A stretch of DNA of 64,000 nt from an uncultured bacterium (GTDB lineage: Bacteria > CSSED10-310 > CAZUFC01): positions 1-64,000 of the forward strand of contig CAZUFC010000025.1 in the NCBI GenBank assembly GCA_964619725.1, read 5' to 3'. The notes beneath the pieces were generated by a model, which was not told the origin of the DNA, made no database searches, and saw only the letters and a list, made by a program, of their open reading frames with translations. Below, piece after piece: positions 47,897 to 59,948 of the stretch (position 1 is the stretch's first letter; each line of letters starts with the position of its first letter). The position numbers and the translations under genes are program-made.

Positions 47897-50800
47897 CTAT
47901 TCCGTCCCGGTGATATCCGCGCAATGGAAAGTAAAAGCGCCGTTCCCTGTCTTGAAGAATGCAATATCGTCAACCAGATTGGTCAGTACAAGACGGCTTT
48001 TCGACCGGGTGTCCTCCCGGTTCTGAATAACCTTGAATTGGAGAACGGCGATATTTTGATTTGCATGCGTTGGATTCACAGGTTCCAGGTTGAAAGCGCC
48101 GATTCTCAGGTTTCCGGGAGTCAGTTCATTGTATTCGAAGAAACAAAAATGTTGAAGGTCGGCGCCTTTCCGGCACTTCATCAGTTCAAGCTTATCACGG
48201 TCAAATTGAAGGTCCAGTCCGATGGAATAAACTGATTGACCGGCGCTGTTCAAAGTGATGAAACATTCGATTACGTCGTCTGTGCAGCCCCACGAATCGG
48301 ATATTTCTACGCTGCCCATTCCGTCGGCAGATGACCGGGTTGCATGATCAGTCATGCCGTAAGAGCTTTTGAAGGTCTGAACGGGATCAACGCAACTGCA
48401 ATCGAGATGCACGTAGTTTTCCAGTATGCATTGAGCGTCCGCCGGGGTGACCTGATCGTATCCGTTACAGTCAGCCGAGCATACTTCTTCATACGTGGGA
48501 TAGGGAATGTATTCCAGGTAGATGGCGAAGCTCATCAGTCCGTCGGAAGGAGAGATTTGTCCGTTGTTGTCGACGTCTCCGTCATTGCGGCATGATGAAG
48601 GACAAGGCTCGCCTTCAGGCACGGAGAGCCAGGGTTCATAAAGGACGTTTCCCCATACTTCATCGCCGCTTCCTATTCCCCAGCCGGAAGGACCGTCGGG
48701 AGCTCCCCAATAATTGAAGTCAGCGCGAAATGCTGCGTCGGAGGCATTATCGTCTACCAGCAATCCGTATTCCGAATTATTTTGTATATTATTGTAAGCG
48801 GCGTAACCTCCCGGAACACCATAAGGACCGCCGCATGCTCCGCCCCCTCCGAAAATGAAGATGCCGCGTGCGTTATCTGTAAAATCGTTGCACATGCAGG
48901 TTAAGTTAACGATATCCCAGAGTCTCAGCGCTTGCGCCTGTAGGCTTTCGCCGGACGCAACGTATGTGAAAAGGTTATCCTGAATATCGACGGCTACCGC
49001 ATGATTCAGTTCCAATCCGGCCTGGTGATTGCCCGGATAGCCCTGGTTCCCGCCTATATGACTCCAGGTATTGTCGGATACCTCAACCATTTCCGTGGGA
49101 TAAGAATGATTTCCCCTGATCGCTGTGGAGCCGTTGCAATGGTGTATATAATTTGATAAGAAGCTGACGGAAACGAGGGGCAATTCATTTTCACCTTCCA
49201 GTCCGGGCGCTGAGACATCCATATCCAGTACGACGGGACCCAGGATATTTTTGAATTCCGAGTTCAGGACGGAGAAGTTCTGTCCGAGTTTGTTTCCGGG
49301 AATGCCGTTGCGGTTTTCTGTATTTTGGCCGTCAAAGGTGCAATGGTCTATGGTTAAATCATAAATCGCTCCGGAATTATTCATGGCGACGAGAGCCTGT
49401 CCGCCGGCATCGCCTTTTACGACGAGATATTCCAGCGTCAAGCCGCTGATTGCATTAACATTCTGGAAGAGAATACCGCCTGTGATGACGGGGGGATATT
49501 CGATTTCACCGGAGAGAGTCAAGCCGTCTTTATAGAATAAGGCGTCGAATTCGACTGTTTCGGGATATGTCCCGGCATGAATGTGAACGATGCTGCCGGG
49601 TGAGGTTACATCAACGCCGTCCTGGATATTGTCGAAAGCATCGAATCCGAAGACATGTCCGTCGACTATATCTCCGGGTTGAGAACCCGCCCAGTCGTCG
49701 TCTACCCAGACTTCTGTGGGGAGCGGCGTAGGCGATGGAGTGCTCGTTGGCGAATGAGTCGGAGTTGGCGAGCGTGTGGGAGTTTTAGTCACGGTAAGGG
49801 TCGGTGAAAGCGTTACGGTGGGAGAGCGCGTAGGGGTTCTGGTGACGGTAGCGGTAGGCGAAAGCGTTCGGGTCGGGGACCTGGTGGGCGTTCTTGTCAC
49901 GGTGGGAGTAGGCGAAAGCGTTCGAGTCGGAGTTCGGGTCGGTGTGGAACTGGGCGCCGGGGTCGGGGTTATGGTGAAAGTGGCCGTGGGCGAAGAAGCA
50001 GGCTCCTGGGTCGGCGTAGCGATGGGACCCGTCAGCCAGTTAGTGTAATTAACATCCTCAGAAACGTCGTCCCCGGGATCGTTGTCATTCATTGAATTTA
50101 CGCAATCGTCCGTTTCATCGACATCATCATCCGGGCCCGCTCCGTCTCCCCACCAGTTGTACCGGGCATTGATACAGGTCGCCGAATCCGTATTGATCGC
50201 TCCATAAATGTCGTTGCCCTCGATATTGTTGCCGTTTGACGCTGAGCCCCCGATAACCGGAAGGGAACCGTTTTCTGCCATGACGCCGCGGGGTTGGTTT
50301 TCAATCACGCACGCCCGTACGGCGGGATTCGATCCGGCGCCGTAACAATATATCCCGGCATAGGTATTGTCGTGAATATGACAGGAATAAATGCTGGGCG
50401 ATGATCCGTTCAAACATTGGATGCCTATTCCATTGCCGTTTTTGATTTCAGTGTGTCTGATCGCAGGGGACGCTGCATCGCAGGTTATTGATGAGTAAAT
50501 TGCAGCGTGATAACCCGCATACTCCATTACCAGGTTCCTTATGACGCAATTCGCATCAGAAGCGGAGTCGTTGAAGTAAATTCCGTACCATTCTCCGGAC
50601 TCAGAAGGCGGATAATAATCGTGATTATACGTGAATGTGACCTTGTGCGCGGGCGATCCATTGATCATAAGGCCGCCTTGTTCAGAGGAGGTCGGACCGC
50701 CGATTTCCAATTGAGTATACCTCTGCCACTGGGCTTCCACACCGGGTTCCACGTTCAGGATAGAGGTGGCTTTTGCCGTGCCGCGAACCAGGACGTGACC

Positions 50801-53800
50801 GACTATCAGGTAAGGAATGGAGTGATAATGCCATGTGCAGTGGTTATTCAGCGTATCGCCGTAAACGTATATTCTTTGATATTTATTGCCGTTGAATGTA
50901 TTTCCGTAAATCTTATCGAGATGACGAGCGCTGCAAACCAGCGGGTCGCTGTCGTTTTCAACAAAAGAGTTGTTGTTGACTGTCGGACTCGATTCCGTAT
51001 CCTCAATATAAAGGCCGTGACTGCCGTTCAGACGCAGAGCGCTGTTCGATACGCCGGGCGTACCCGCTCCTGTAATGTAAACGCCGTATGTACCGTTGTG
51101 TTCGATTGTACATTGGTCTATCTGGGGAGAAGAGATATCGCTCTGAATGCCGTGAGTACCGTTATGATTGCAGTTGCAATGAGTGACCGCAGGATTAGCG
51201 TCAAGATAGCAGTAGAGACCGATGGAGCTGCTGTATCTGATTTCGGTGTAAGTTATTAAAGGAGAACTTGAATTGCAGTAAACCGATGTTCCCCAGCTAT
51301 ATCCCGCATCTTCGACTATGCAGTGAGTGAGTCTGGAAATGCCGTCCGCAGCCTGATCAGCGAAATAGAGACCGTACCAGAATCCAGGTGATGAGACGCC
51401 GCCTGTGTCGCCGGTGAAAACTATTTTATTGCCCGCAGTTCCGACTGCCTTGAGCGCACCTGTTTTCAAGGGATCGGCATCATCTCCCACATAAACCGCT
51501 AATTGAGGTCTCATCAGAACTTCGACTCCGGGTTCTACGCTGAGCGTCGTAACGTTATCGCTGCCGTCCCGGCCTTCAATGAACAAGTGTCCCGTGAGGA
51601 GGTAGGGAATTCCCGGGTCTTCCCAACGAGCATCCTGGCTGATGGTATCGCCGTAAACATAGAACTGCTGATAAAAATTATTCTGATAGGAGTTGTTCTG
51701 GAATCCGTTTACGTGACGGGCATAAGCGACGACGGGATGATTGTCGTTGTCGTCGAAAAGGCAACCGGTGACTAACGGCATACATGTCGTATCCTGGACC
51801 CAGACGCCGTGGTCATCGTTTTCGATGAAATCGCATCCGGTAATCTGAGGGCAGCAGGAATCCTTGAGAGTAAGTCCGCTGGGATAATTATCGCTTATAA
51901 GACAAGAATCGATTACGGGCGAAGAATTCAATTCAAGATAGACCCCATAATTATCATTTGAGCTGAATTCACATAAAGTAACTTCAGGAGAAGCCCCATC
52001 GTAGCAGTAGAGTCCTATTCCCGAAGAGAACTTCGATATAACCCGGCTTAGGAAAGGCGCTTTATGATTGCAATAAATGTTTGTTCCCCAACTGTAACCT
52101 CCGGAATCAATATGACAGTGTTCGAGTCTGCAGGCAGGTTCGTGTGCGTAATAAGCAAAATAAAGTCCGTACCAATATCCGGGATTCGGTTGTCCAGCAT
52201 CCGAAGTGAAGCAAACAGGATCGTTTTCCGTTCCGACGGCATGCAACCCGCCGGGCAGCTCTTCGTCGGCATCATCGCCGATCATGATGGTCGTATGAAC
52301 TGACATCATCATCGTAACGCCGGGTTCAAGCGTCAGAGTCGCTGTATTATCGGCGCCGTCCTGGCCTGTGACGTACAGATGGCCCATGATCAAATAGGGA
52401 ATACCGTCATTGACCCAGGTGGAGTCCTGGGAGAGAGTGTCGCCGGCGACGTATATCTGCTGATAGAGGTTATCCGTATAGGAATTGCCGGTGAAATAGC
52501 GGATGTGTCTGGCTGCTGCGTCTATGGGATAACTGTCGTTGTCTATGAAGTCGCAACCGGTTATCGCAGGCGAGCAATCGACTGAGTTTACGGATAATCC
52601 GCCGGCTCCGTTTTCGATGAAAGAGCAACCGGAAAAGGACGGGGTGCACAGGTCCGTCATCCTGACGCCGCAGGAACCGTTGCCGGCAATAATGCTGCCT
52701 GATATCTGTCCTGAGCCTTCGTCGTCGAATTCCATGCCATAGGTTCCATTGTCCTGAAATTCACAATCGTCTATATCTGGAGCGGCCTCATCGTATACAT
52801 ACAAGCCGATGCCTGACGAATATCGGCAAACCGTGTTGGAAATTTCGGGAGAGCATGTGTCGAGATATATATTCGTCCCGTAAGAATAGCCCCCGTATTC
52901 GACTATGCAATGGTCCAGTAAAGAAGCGTCGGAGGCGTAGTTATCGAAATAAATTCCGAACCAGGCGCCGGGAGATTCAGAATCGGCCGTAAATTTAATC
53001 CGGCCTTCTCCCGTCTGACCGTCCGCGACCAGTTTGCCGGGATAAGAAGCGTTTGTCGCGTGACCGATGAACAACCCGATATTATTGGCGAATCTGAGCT
53101 CCACACCCGGATCGACGGTGAGTGTCGTCATGTTGTCCCCTCCATGTCGTCCCTGAACATAAAGGTGTCCGGCGATATAGTAGGGTAATTCATTATCACT
53201 CCAGGTTCCGTCTAAAGAAATAGTATCTCCGCTGACATAAATGGCTTCATATCCTGAACGAATTTGAGTGAAAGAGCTTCCCGTGACGTTGGGAACTTCA
53301 TGAGGGTGTTCGATGACCAGGGGCCATCCGTTAAGATATTGGAAATCGTTTCCGTTTAAAACGGGGAAACATGTGGATTCGATATATACTCCAGATTCGC
53401 TGTCTGCGAAAAGGGTATTGGAAATTGTTGGTGATGAGTTCAGTTCACAATAGAGAGTATTGCTGCCGCAGTTCGCGATGATGCAGTTGTTGAATTCAGG
53501 AGCTGCGCCGTCGTAGCAGTAAATTCCATAGTTAGAGGCCATATCGATAACGCAGGAGGAAAAGGAGGGTGATGATGCTTCGCAGTAAATGTTGGCTGAG
53601 GTGTATGCGCCGGCGTATTCTATAGTGCAGTAATTCATGTAACCGTTGTCGTTGGCCGATGGCCGGAAATGGACTCCGGCGTAATAGCCGACGGACTTGT
53701 CTTTTTCATCCGATGTGAAGAGTATGCCGTTGTTTGAATTTCCGGCGGCGTTCAGCCTGCCCATGTCATTAGCGCCGGAACCCCCGATGTAGAGTCTCTT

Positions 53801-56800
53801 ACCCGATGCGAATTGCACTTTGACTCCGGCCTGGATGGTCAATGTCGCGTTATTTCTGACGGTAACGTCGTCGACAACCCAGTAAATGCCGCTGCAGGAA
53901 GGAGAGCTGAGTCCCCAGGTTGTATTGGAGGTTATTTCTCCGGAAACGCTGTATGGAGTGCATGTGAAATTTTGAGTAGGCGTTCGCGTGGGTGTGGGTG
54001 AGTGTGTGTATGTTCTGGTAGGAGTGAATGTGCGAGTGGGCGTATGCGTAGGCGAACAGGTTGCTGTGTTCGCTGCCGGAGGAGTAGGAGTTCGCGTGGG
54101 CGATAATGTCGGTGAGGAAGTGGCTGTCGGGCTTCTGGTCGGCGTCAGGGTCGGCGTGCGCGTAGCCGTATTCGCCGGCGCCTGGGTCGGCGTATAGTTG
54201 GCTGATGTCATCCAGTTGGAATAATCCACGTCCTCGCTGACGGGATCGCCGGCATTATTGTCGTGTGCTCCGTTCATGCAACCGTCTTCATCGTCTATAT
54301 CGTCGTCAGGGCCGCCCCCGTGACCCCACCAGTTGTATCGCGCATTCACGCAGGTTGTGGAATCATGATTATATACTCCATATGTCGTCTGGTTGATGAA
54401 GCTGTTGGCGTTTTCAGGAGAACCTCCGATTACCGGTAATGAACCGGCGGCGACGTATACGCCGTATAATTGCGTATCAAAACGGCATTTGCGGATGACC
54501 GGATCGGTTCCTGTATGGTGACAATATATTCCGTCGCTGGTGTTGTTATGCATCCGGCACGAGAATATCGTCGGGTCAGCCCCTTGCAGACAGTGAATCC
54601 CGCTGCCGTAACAGTGGTGTATTTCACAATGGTCCAGAGTCGGCGCTGAAGCGCTGATGTATATGCCGCTCGCATCGCTGTATCCGGCATATTCAATCTC
54701 TGCGTTCTTCATTACGCAATAATCATCGTCGGCATAATCGTTGAAATATATGCCGTACCATTCTCCATTGGGACTCGGCGTATAATCCTTGTTATAGGTA
54801 AATTCCACTTTATCGCTCACCGTTCCGTTGACCATCAGGCCGCCCTTGTTCAGGACGCTCGTCGAACCGATATCAAGATAGGTGTAGCGCTCCCACTGCA
54901 TTATGACCCCGGGATCGATGGTCAATACCGCCGTATTCCCGTCCGTCCCCTTTACGATGACGTGACCGGACATCAGATACGGGATGGTCTGTCGCGGCCA
55001 TACTGTGCTCTCCGTCAACGTATCGCCGGATACTTCTATTTTCTGAATTGAGTTGCCGGAAAAAGCGTTATTGGATATCCCGGACAAATGCCTGGCGTAA
55101 CATCCGATGGGATAGTAACCGTTTGAATTGATCGAGTTTTTCGTTATCAGCGGATTCGTGTCGGTCGTATCGACGAAAATTCCATATGAAAGATTTGAGT
55201 TTATCGTGCAGGAGTGAATCGAAGGGGATGAGCCCGACGAGACTTGAATGCCGCAATTACTGTTGTATCTTATTGTGTTGAAAGAGACACTCGGCGAGGA
55301 AACGGAACAACTGAGCCCGTTATATGAGTTATGATGAATATTGGAGTCCACCATTGTTGGGGCGGCGCCTGCTGTGCAGTATATGCCGTCGCCGTTTCCA
55401 TATCTGACTTCTGTGCCCTGGATAAGCGGAGAGCTGCCGTAACAGTATATCTGCGTGCCCCAGGAGTAACCGGCATATTCGATCGTGCACTGATCGAGTT
55501 TGCATAAGAAATCGTTCGAGTAGACGCCGAAATATATGCCGTACCAGAATCCCGGTCCGGGCGAGTCTGAATCTGCAGTAAAAATGACTTTATCGCTGGA
55601 TAGACCTTCGACGGACAGCGCCCCCGGAACGTCAGGATCGGTATCGCTTGCTATAGATATGTAGGTTTGAGGACTCATCAGCAGCGTGACGCCTTGTTTT
55701 AAGGTCAGCGTCGCCGTATCGTCCGGACCTGATTGTCCCTCGACAATGATGCTTCCAGTAATTTTATAGGGGATGCCGGGATCGATCCATACGCTGTCCC
55801 TGTCAATCGTGTCGCCGTACACGTAAAATTCCTGTATGCCGTTATTCACGTAAGTATTGCCGGTGAATCCGCCGGCCTGCCCGGCATGCACCACCGCCGG
55901 ATAATCGTCGTTGCCGTTAAAAGTGCAGCTCATTACTTCGGGCCGGCTCGACGCGTCCGAACAATGGATTCCATGGTAGTAGTTGTAGTTAAGCGAACAG
56001 GAAAAGATCAGGGGGGTTGAATCGGTCGATGCGATTACGCCGATATTGTCGTTGTAGGAAATATCAGAGGAGATAATGATCGGCGATGATTCATAATCCA
56101 TGTTGATTCCTTCTGTCGCGTTGTATTTGAATGAGCAGGCTATGACGAAGGGATCGATGCTGCGGGTGAAATATACGCCGATTCCTGAAGACCAGCTTGA
56201 CTCGGTGTATGTTATGACCGGAGCCGCGCTGTTGCAATAAATGTTCGTCCCCCAACTGTATCCGGCGTATTTCACTATGCAATGTGTCAGTTCGCAGAGG
56301 GAATCATCGGAATAGTCTGAAAAATAAATGCCGTACCAATAACCGGGACCTGGAGAGTCCGTGTCGGGAATGAAGCTGATTTTCTCAGCGCTGTTGCCGA
56401 CCGCGCTTAAACCTCCCGGCAGATCAGGATCGGTATCGGAGCCGACTGAAATATAGGTGCGGTAGGCCATTTCCAGGGTCGTTCCCGGCATGAGCGTCAA
56501 AGTCGTCACGCCGTCCGGTCCGTCCTGCCCCATAACGTTTAATGAGCCGGTCATGTAATAAGGAACCGGTTCATCTTCCCACGTCGCATCACGGGTTATG
56601 GTGTCTTCCATCACATAAATGAATTGATACGCGTTCGAAGCATAGGAATTGCCTTTCATTTTATCGATTTGTCCTGCATAAGCGACTAAAGGGTAATCAT
56701 CGCTGTACCGGATAGTACAATCGTATACCGACGGCGAACAATCAGCGTCCTCGACATACACTCCGCAGTAGTTGCGGTCCAGAGTATTCGCCAGCAGCAC

Positions 56801-58177
56801 GGGAGAGCTCTCATTTAATATGTAGACTCCGTATGATCCGTTGTCGGAGATCGTACTTCCGGATATGATCGGAGACGAGCCTGCTCCTATGTATGCCCCG
56901 TAGCTCGGATTGTCGGTCAATTCGCAATTCGTAACCGTCGGAGAGGAACCGGAGCTGCACTCCAGCCCGATAGCGTTTCCATACCGTGAAATGACGTTGG
57001 CGATACTCGGGGATGAAGAGATAAGCGTTATATTTGAATATCCCGCATAACCCGCATATTCCAGGGTGCAGTATTCAAGGATGGAAGCATCGTCGGAATA
57101 ATCGGAAAAATAGAGGCACATCCAGTTATAACCGGCGCTCCATTGAGTAAAGGTGATGCGCTGGGAACTCGTTCCCTGGGCTATCAGGCGTCCCGGAAGA
57201 TTGGGATTTGTATCTGAGCCGATGGTTATGCAGACAGTATAGTCCAGTTTTACCGTTACGCCTGGTTCAAGTCGCCAGGTCGTTACGCCGTCAGGACCGT
57301 CCTGACCCATCACTTCAACATGATTCGAAATATAATAGGGAATGCCCTGTTCATCCCAGGCGGCATCCCTGTCGATAAGCCCTCCTGTAACATGAATGCC
57401 GTTATAATCCGCCGGAGTCGAAATAAAAGCATTGTCAAAGATGGAGCCGATTTTGTCCGCGGACGCATAAACAGGCCACCAGCCATTTGAGCGAAAAGTA
57501 CTGTTTTTGACGACTGGATAACAATCGGAGTCGATATAAATGCCGCCGCCGGCGTTGTTGCGAATTTCCGTTCCTGATACGACTGGCGATGAATGATCTT
57601 CAAGGTATATCCCCCAGTCGGCATTGTAATTTGAATGACAATTGATTATCTCTGGAAAGGCATAGCGATAACAATAAATTCCATAACCCGATGAATGAAT
57701 GAAATGGCATTCCGTGAAACTCGGCGATGAAGAATAACAATATACGCTGACTCCGTTCGAATACCCCGCATAGTCCACCGTGCAATAATTCATAAAACTC
57801 GTATCATCCGCCGCATCCTCAAAAGTTATCCCGGGAAAATATCCCGGTGATACGGTTCCGTTCGGCCTGAAAGTTATCGGATTCGCCGATGTCCCCTGGG
57901 CTTTCAGTTTTCCCCTGTCTGATTCGGTCGAACCTCCGATGTAAAGACCATAACCATAATCATGACGTACGGTGACTCCTCCTTCAATGGTTAATGTCGC
58001 TCCATCCCTTACCGTAACGTGGTCCGTCAGAATATACACGCCCTGAGGGTCTGGAGAAGTCCTGCCCCAGGTCGTATCAACGGTTATTTCGCCCCAGACG
58101 TCCGTCGCTGCATTTGCTGAAGCGGCCCAGACCGAACCGAACAGAAACATTAAAAAAATCGCCTTTTTAACGTTCAT
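47897..58177 (-). CDS. Giant secreted protein (3426 aa) with right-handed beta-helix repeats, two Pro/Thr linkers, dockerin-like and cohesin-like C-terminal domains
   Basis: ATG 58177 with GAGGAGG and signal peptide; repeated N..YGIY....S.P.I..C motifs; DGDVDNNG.I...D / ADCNG...VT..DA dockerin-like pair; terminal cohesin-like beta-sandwich. Confidence 0.85.
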   Translation of the reverse strand: MNVKKAIFLMFLFGSVWAASANAATDVWGEITVDTTWGRTSPDPQGVYILTDHVTVRDGATLTIEGGVTVRHDYGYGLYIGGSTESDRGKLKAQGTSANPITFRPNGTVSPGYFPGITFEDAADDTSFMNYCTVDYAGYSNGVSVYCYSSSPSFTECHFIHSSGYGIYCYRYAFPEIINCHSNYNADWGIYLEDHSSPVVSGTEIRNNAGGGIYIDSDCYPVVKNSTFRSNGWWPVYASADKIGSIFDNAFISTPADYNGIHVTGGLIDRDAAWDEQGIPYYISNHVEVMGQDGPDGVTTWRLEPGVTVKLDYTVCITIGSDTNPNLPGRLIAQGTSSQRITFTQWSAGYNWMCLYFSDYSDDASILEYCTLEYAGYAGYSNITLISSSPSIANVISRYGNAIGLECSSGSSPTVTNCELTDNPSYGAYIGAGSSPIISGSTISDNGSYGVYILNESSPVLLANTLDRNYCGVYVEDADCSPSVYDCTIRYSDDYPLVAYAGQIDKMKGNSYASNAYQFIYVMEDTITRDATWEDEPVPYYMTGSLNVMGQDGPDGVTTLTLMPGTTLEMAYRTYISVGSDTDPDLPGGLSAVGNSAEKISFIPDTDSPGPGYWYGIYFSDYSDDSLCELTHCIVKYAGYSWGTNIYCNSAAPVITYTESSWSSGIGVYFTRSIDPFVIACSFKYNATEGINMDYESSPIIISSDISYNDNIGVIASTDSTPLIFSCSLNYNYYHGIHCSDASSRPEVMSCTFNGNDDYPAVVHAGQAGGFTGNTYVNNGIQEFYVYGDTIDRDSVWIDPGIPYKITGSIIVEGQSGPDDTATLTLKQGVTLLMSPQTYISIASDTDPDVPGALSVEGLSSDKVIFTADSDSPGPGFWYGIYFGVYSNDFLCKLDQCTIEYAGYSWGTQIYCYGSSPLIQGTEVRYGNGDGIYCTAGAAPTMVDSNIHHNSYNGLSCSVSSPSVSFNTIRYNSNCGIQVSSGSSPSIHSCTINSNLSYGIFVDTTDTNPLITKNSINSNGYYPIGCYARHLSGISNNAFSGNSIQKIEVSGDTLTESTVWPRQTIPYLMSGHVIVKGTDGNTAVLTIDPGVIMQWERYTYLDIGSTSVLNKGGLMVNGTVSDKVEFTYNKDYTPSPNGEWYGIYFNDYADDDYCVMKNAEIEYAGYSDASGIYISASAPTLDHCEIHHCYGSGIHCLQGADPTIFSCRMHNNTSDGIYCHHTGTDPVIRKCRFDTQLYGVYVAAGSLPVIGGSPENANSFINQTTYGVYNHDSTTCVNARYNWWGHGGGPDDDIDDEDGCMNGAHDNNAGDPVSEDVDYSNWMTSANYTPTQAPANTATRTPTLTPTRSPTATSSPTLSPTRTPTPPAANTATCSPTHTPTRTFTPTRTYTHSPTPTRTPTQNFTCTPYSVSGEITSNTTWGLSSPSCSGIYWVVDDVTVRNNATLTIQAGVKVQFASGKRLYIGGSGANDMGRLNAAGNSNNGILFTSDEKDKSVGYYAGVHFRPSANDNGYMNYCTIEYAGAYTSANIYCEASSPSFSSCVIDMASNYGIYCYDGAAPEFNNCIIANCGSNTLYCELNSSPTISNTLFADSESGVYIESTCFPVLNGNDFQYLNGWPLVIEHPHEVPNVTGSSFTQIRSGYEAIYVSGDTISLDGTWSDNELPYYIAGHLYVQGRHGGDNMTTLTVDPGVELRFANNIGLFIGHATNASYPGKLVADGQTGEGRIKFTADSESPGAWFGIYFDNYASDASLLDHCIVEYGGYSYGTNIYLDTCSPEISNTVCRYSSGIGLYVYDEAAPDIDDCEFQDNGTYGMEFDDEGSGQISGSIIAGNGSCGVRMTDLCTPSFSGCSFIENGAGGLSVNSVDCSPAITGCDFIDNDSYPIDAAARHIRYFTGNSYTDNLYQQIYVAGDTLSQDSTWVNDGIPYLIMGHLYVTGQDGADNTATLTLEPGVTMMMSVHTTIMIGDDADEELPGGLHAVGTENDPVCFTSDAGQPNPGYWYGLYFAYYAHEPACRLEHCHIDSGGYSWGTNIYCNHKAPFLSRVISKFSSGIGLYCYDGASPEVTLCEFSSNDNYGVYLELNSSPVIDSCLISDNYPSGLTLKDSCCPQITGCDFIENDDHGVWVQDTTCMPLVTGCLFDDNDNHPVVAYARHVNGFQNNSYQNNFYQQFYVYGDTISQDARWEDPGIPYLLTGHLFIEGRDGSDNVTTLSVEPGVEVLMRPQLAVYVGDDADPLKTGALKAVGTAGNKIVFTGDTGGVSSPGFWYGLYFADQAADGISRLTHCIVEDAGYSWGTSVYCNSSSPLITYTEIRYSSSIGLYCYLDANPAVTHCNCNHNGTHGIQSDISSPQIDQCTIEHNGTYGVYITGAGTPGVSNSALRLNGSHGLYIEDTESSPTVNNNSFVENDSDPLVCSARHLDKIYGNTFNGNKYQRIYVYGDTLNNHCTWHYHSIPYLIVGHVLVRGTAKATSILNVEPGVEAQWQRYTQLEIGGPTSSEQGGLMINGSPAHKVTFTYNHDYYPPSESGEWYGIYFNDSASDANCVIRNLVMEYAGYHAAIYSSITCDAASPAIRHTEIKNGNGIGIQCLNGSSPSIYSCHIHDNTYAGIYCYGAGSNPAVRACVIENQPRGVMAENGSLPVIGGSASNGNNIEGNDIYGAINTDSATCINARYNWWGDGAGPDDDVDETDDCVNSMNDNDPGDDVSEDVNYTNWLTGPIATPTQEPASSPTATFTITPTPAPSSTPTRTPTRTLSPTPTVTRTPTRSPTRTLSPTATVTRTPTRSPTVTLSPTLTVTKTPTRSPTPTHSPTSTPSPTPLPTEVWVDDDWAGSQPGDIVDGHVFGFDAFDNIQDGVDVTSPGSIVHIHAGTYPETVEFDALFYKDGLTLSGEIEYPPVITGGILFQNVNAISGLTLEYLVVKGDAGGQALVAMNNSGAIYDLTIDHCTFDGQNTENRNGIPGNKLGQNFSVLNSEFKNILGPVVLDMDVSAPGLEGENELPLVSVSFLSNYIHHCNGSTAIRGNHSYPTEMVEVSDNTWSHIGGNQGYPGNHQAGLELNHAVAVDIQDNLFTYVASGESLQAQALRLWDIVNLTCMCNDFTDNARGIFIFGGGGACGGPYGVPGGYAAYNNIQNNSEYGLLVDDNASDAAFRADFNYWGAPDGPSGWGIGSGDEVWGNVLYEPWLSVPEGEPCPSSCRNDGDVDNNGQISPSDGLMSFAIYLEYIPYPTYEEVCSADCNGYDQVTPADAQCILENYVHLDCSCVDPVQTFKSSYGMTDHATRSSADGMGSVEISDSWGCTDDVIECFITLNSAGQSVYSIGLDLQFDRDKLELMKCRKGADLQHFCFFEYNELTPGNLRIGAFNLEPVNPTHANQNIAVLQFKVIQNREDTRSKSRLVLTNLVDDIAFFKTGNGAFTFHCADITGTE

Positions 58178-58262
58178 AAAATTCCTCCTCATAAGCGTCG
58201 CGCCGGATGACACGTTTTTTTCTGAATCATGATCGTCATCAAGCTTTCGATATTATGTAAAC

Positions 58263-58291
58263 ATTTTATGCCCTGTCTGATTCAAAAGCAA
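58263..58291 (-). promoter_or_regulatory. Candidate sigma70 promoter for the giant protein gene
   Basis: Minus strand TTGCTT-N17-TAAAAT. Confidence 0.5.
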
Positions 58292-58587
58292 GTCTTTTTA
58301 GCCGATTAGCGAAAAAAACGCGACGAGGGCTTCGATGCCTTAAAAAGGTTTTTCAATCGTTGTGCTTGCTTTAAGACGCCTTCTTTTGATAGTGTTTTAT
58401 ATGATGTTCCTGATCGTAACGCCGGCGAAACGGGAGTGAATCCGTGATCCCGGCAGATGTCTAAACGGCTGATGTTTCAGGACTGTTAAGGAGCATTTTA
58501 TTTCGACGGTTAAGCCATATTAAGAGGACTGCTTATTGAAGCGCGCAGGGCGCATAATGGAATAAACGCCCTGGAAAGGAGAGCAAA

Positions 58588-59313
58588 ATGAGCGACAAAG
58601 AAGCGGTAGGCTGCGCCCGGCCCACGGGAGGACCTGTAGGCGAGTCGAATGAAGACTCGAAGAAACGGGAAAGCCCGGTCGCTGAGTCAAAGGAGGTAAA
58701 AACTATGATAAAAGTAGGCAAGAAGGCGCCTGATTTTACGTCACCCGCCTATCACAAAGGCGAGTTTACTTCAGTAAAATTATCGGATTTTTTAGGAAAG
58801 TGGGTTTTGTTGTGTTTCTATCCGGGTGATTTCACATTTGTCTGAGCGACGGAAGTCTCGGCGGTCGCCGAGAAATTCCCGGAATTGCAGCGGTTGGGAG
58901 TTGAAGTGCTTTCGATGAGCGTGGATAGTGTTTTCGTTCATAAGATGTGGAACGACAACGAGCTGTCCAAGATGGTGGAAGGCGGCATTCCTTTCCCGAT
59001 GTTGTCCGACGCAGGGGGAAAAGTGGGAACGGTTTACGGCATTTATGACGAAGATGCCGGCGTGGAAACGCGTGGCAGATTCATCATAGACCCTGACGGC
59101 GTAGTACAAGGGTTTGAAGTATTGACTCCGCCGGTGGGAAGGAACGTTTCCGAAACGCTGCGGCAGGTCCAGGCGTTTCAGAAAGTCAGGGAAAGCAAAG
59201 GCTCAGAAGCTACTCCATCCGGCTGGCGGCCTGGAAAGATGACCTTGAAACCGGGTCCTGAGCTTGTCGGCAATGTATGGAAAGTCTGGAAAACGGAGAT
59301 GGCGTCCGATTAG
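58588..59313 (+). CDS. prxU: Selenocysteine-containing peroxiredoxin (AhpC/Prx1 family)
   Basis: ORFs 58588-58845 and 58885-59313 are in frame across TGA 58843-58845: [13 protein letters not shown], with Sec at the peroxidatic position; [17 protein letters not shown]. Confidence 0.93.
58843..58879 (+). promoter_or_regulatory. UGA plus bacterial SECIS-like hairpin
   Basis: Stem TCTCGGC (58856-58862) / GCCGAGA (58867-58873), loop GGTC starting at +18, lower GGAA/TTCC pairing. Confidence 0.8.
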
Positions 59314-59356
59314 CATGCAAAAGGTTTAACCGTTTGAAGACGGCTGGAAGAATACG

Positions 59357-59398
59357 CCGGCGCATAATTTATAATGATTATGCGCCGGTGTTTTTTTT
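59357..59398 (+). terminator. Intrinsic terminator after prxU
   Basis: CCGGCGCATAAT / ATTATGCGCCGG followed by a T tract. Confidence 0.75.
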
Positions 59399-59591
59399 CA
59401 GCGGATATTCATGTTGCCGGCAGAGGACAGTCGAATCGCCTTTGATTATGACTTCGCTTCTTTTCAGTCAGGTAGTTTTTTCATGTCTACATTGTCTTTT
59501 GCCGGGTCGCCTGACCGCCCTTGCTTGGCGCCGTCAGCACAAGCCGTCAGCGTATCGCCCAAAGAACTGAAGATTTGAACGCCAAAGGATA

Positions 59592-59948
59592 TCAGGGAGA
59601 GGAACGATCCTTCAAGTAATTCAATTCATAAAGCCGGTCGGTTTCTTTTACTTTCAAAATGAGGAAATAGATAAGGACGATGAGACAAATCCACATCCAG
59701 CCGAGGAATACAGGCACTCCGATTTTTTCTCTTATGTCAGTCGGCCCTGCTTCAATTTCTTCAGCCGTTTGTTCCGCTTGCGCATCGGTCTTTTTTTGCG
59801 GTTCTTGTTGAATCAGGGCTTTGGATGCGGCATCGAGAATTTCTTTTTCCTGGTGTATCTTTTGAGCGAGTCCCTTTACTGGTGTGAATAATAGAAAAAG
59901 AAGGCATGCGAATGAAATTGTGTGGAGGATGTATTTTCCTTTTTTCAT
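59592..59948 (-). CDS. Small membrane protein of unknown function, last gene of the sdh-Rieske-cytb operon
   Basis: ATGA overlap with cytochrome b stop; signal peptide and one C-terminal TM helix; no CxxCH. Confidence 0.7.
   Translation of the reverse strand: MKKGKYILHTISFACLLFLLFTPVKGLAQKIHQEKEILDAASKALIQQEPQKKTDAQAEQTAEEIEAGPTDIREKIGVPVFLGWMWICLIVLIYFLILKVKETDRLYELNYLKDRSSP

Noticed and set aside
58405-58500. Possible riboswitch in the long prxU leader
   Set aside because: Some pairing potential, but I cannot match the conserved core of any riboswitch class; needs an Rfam scan
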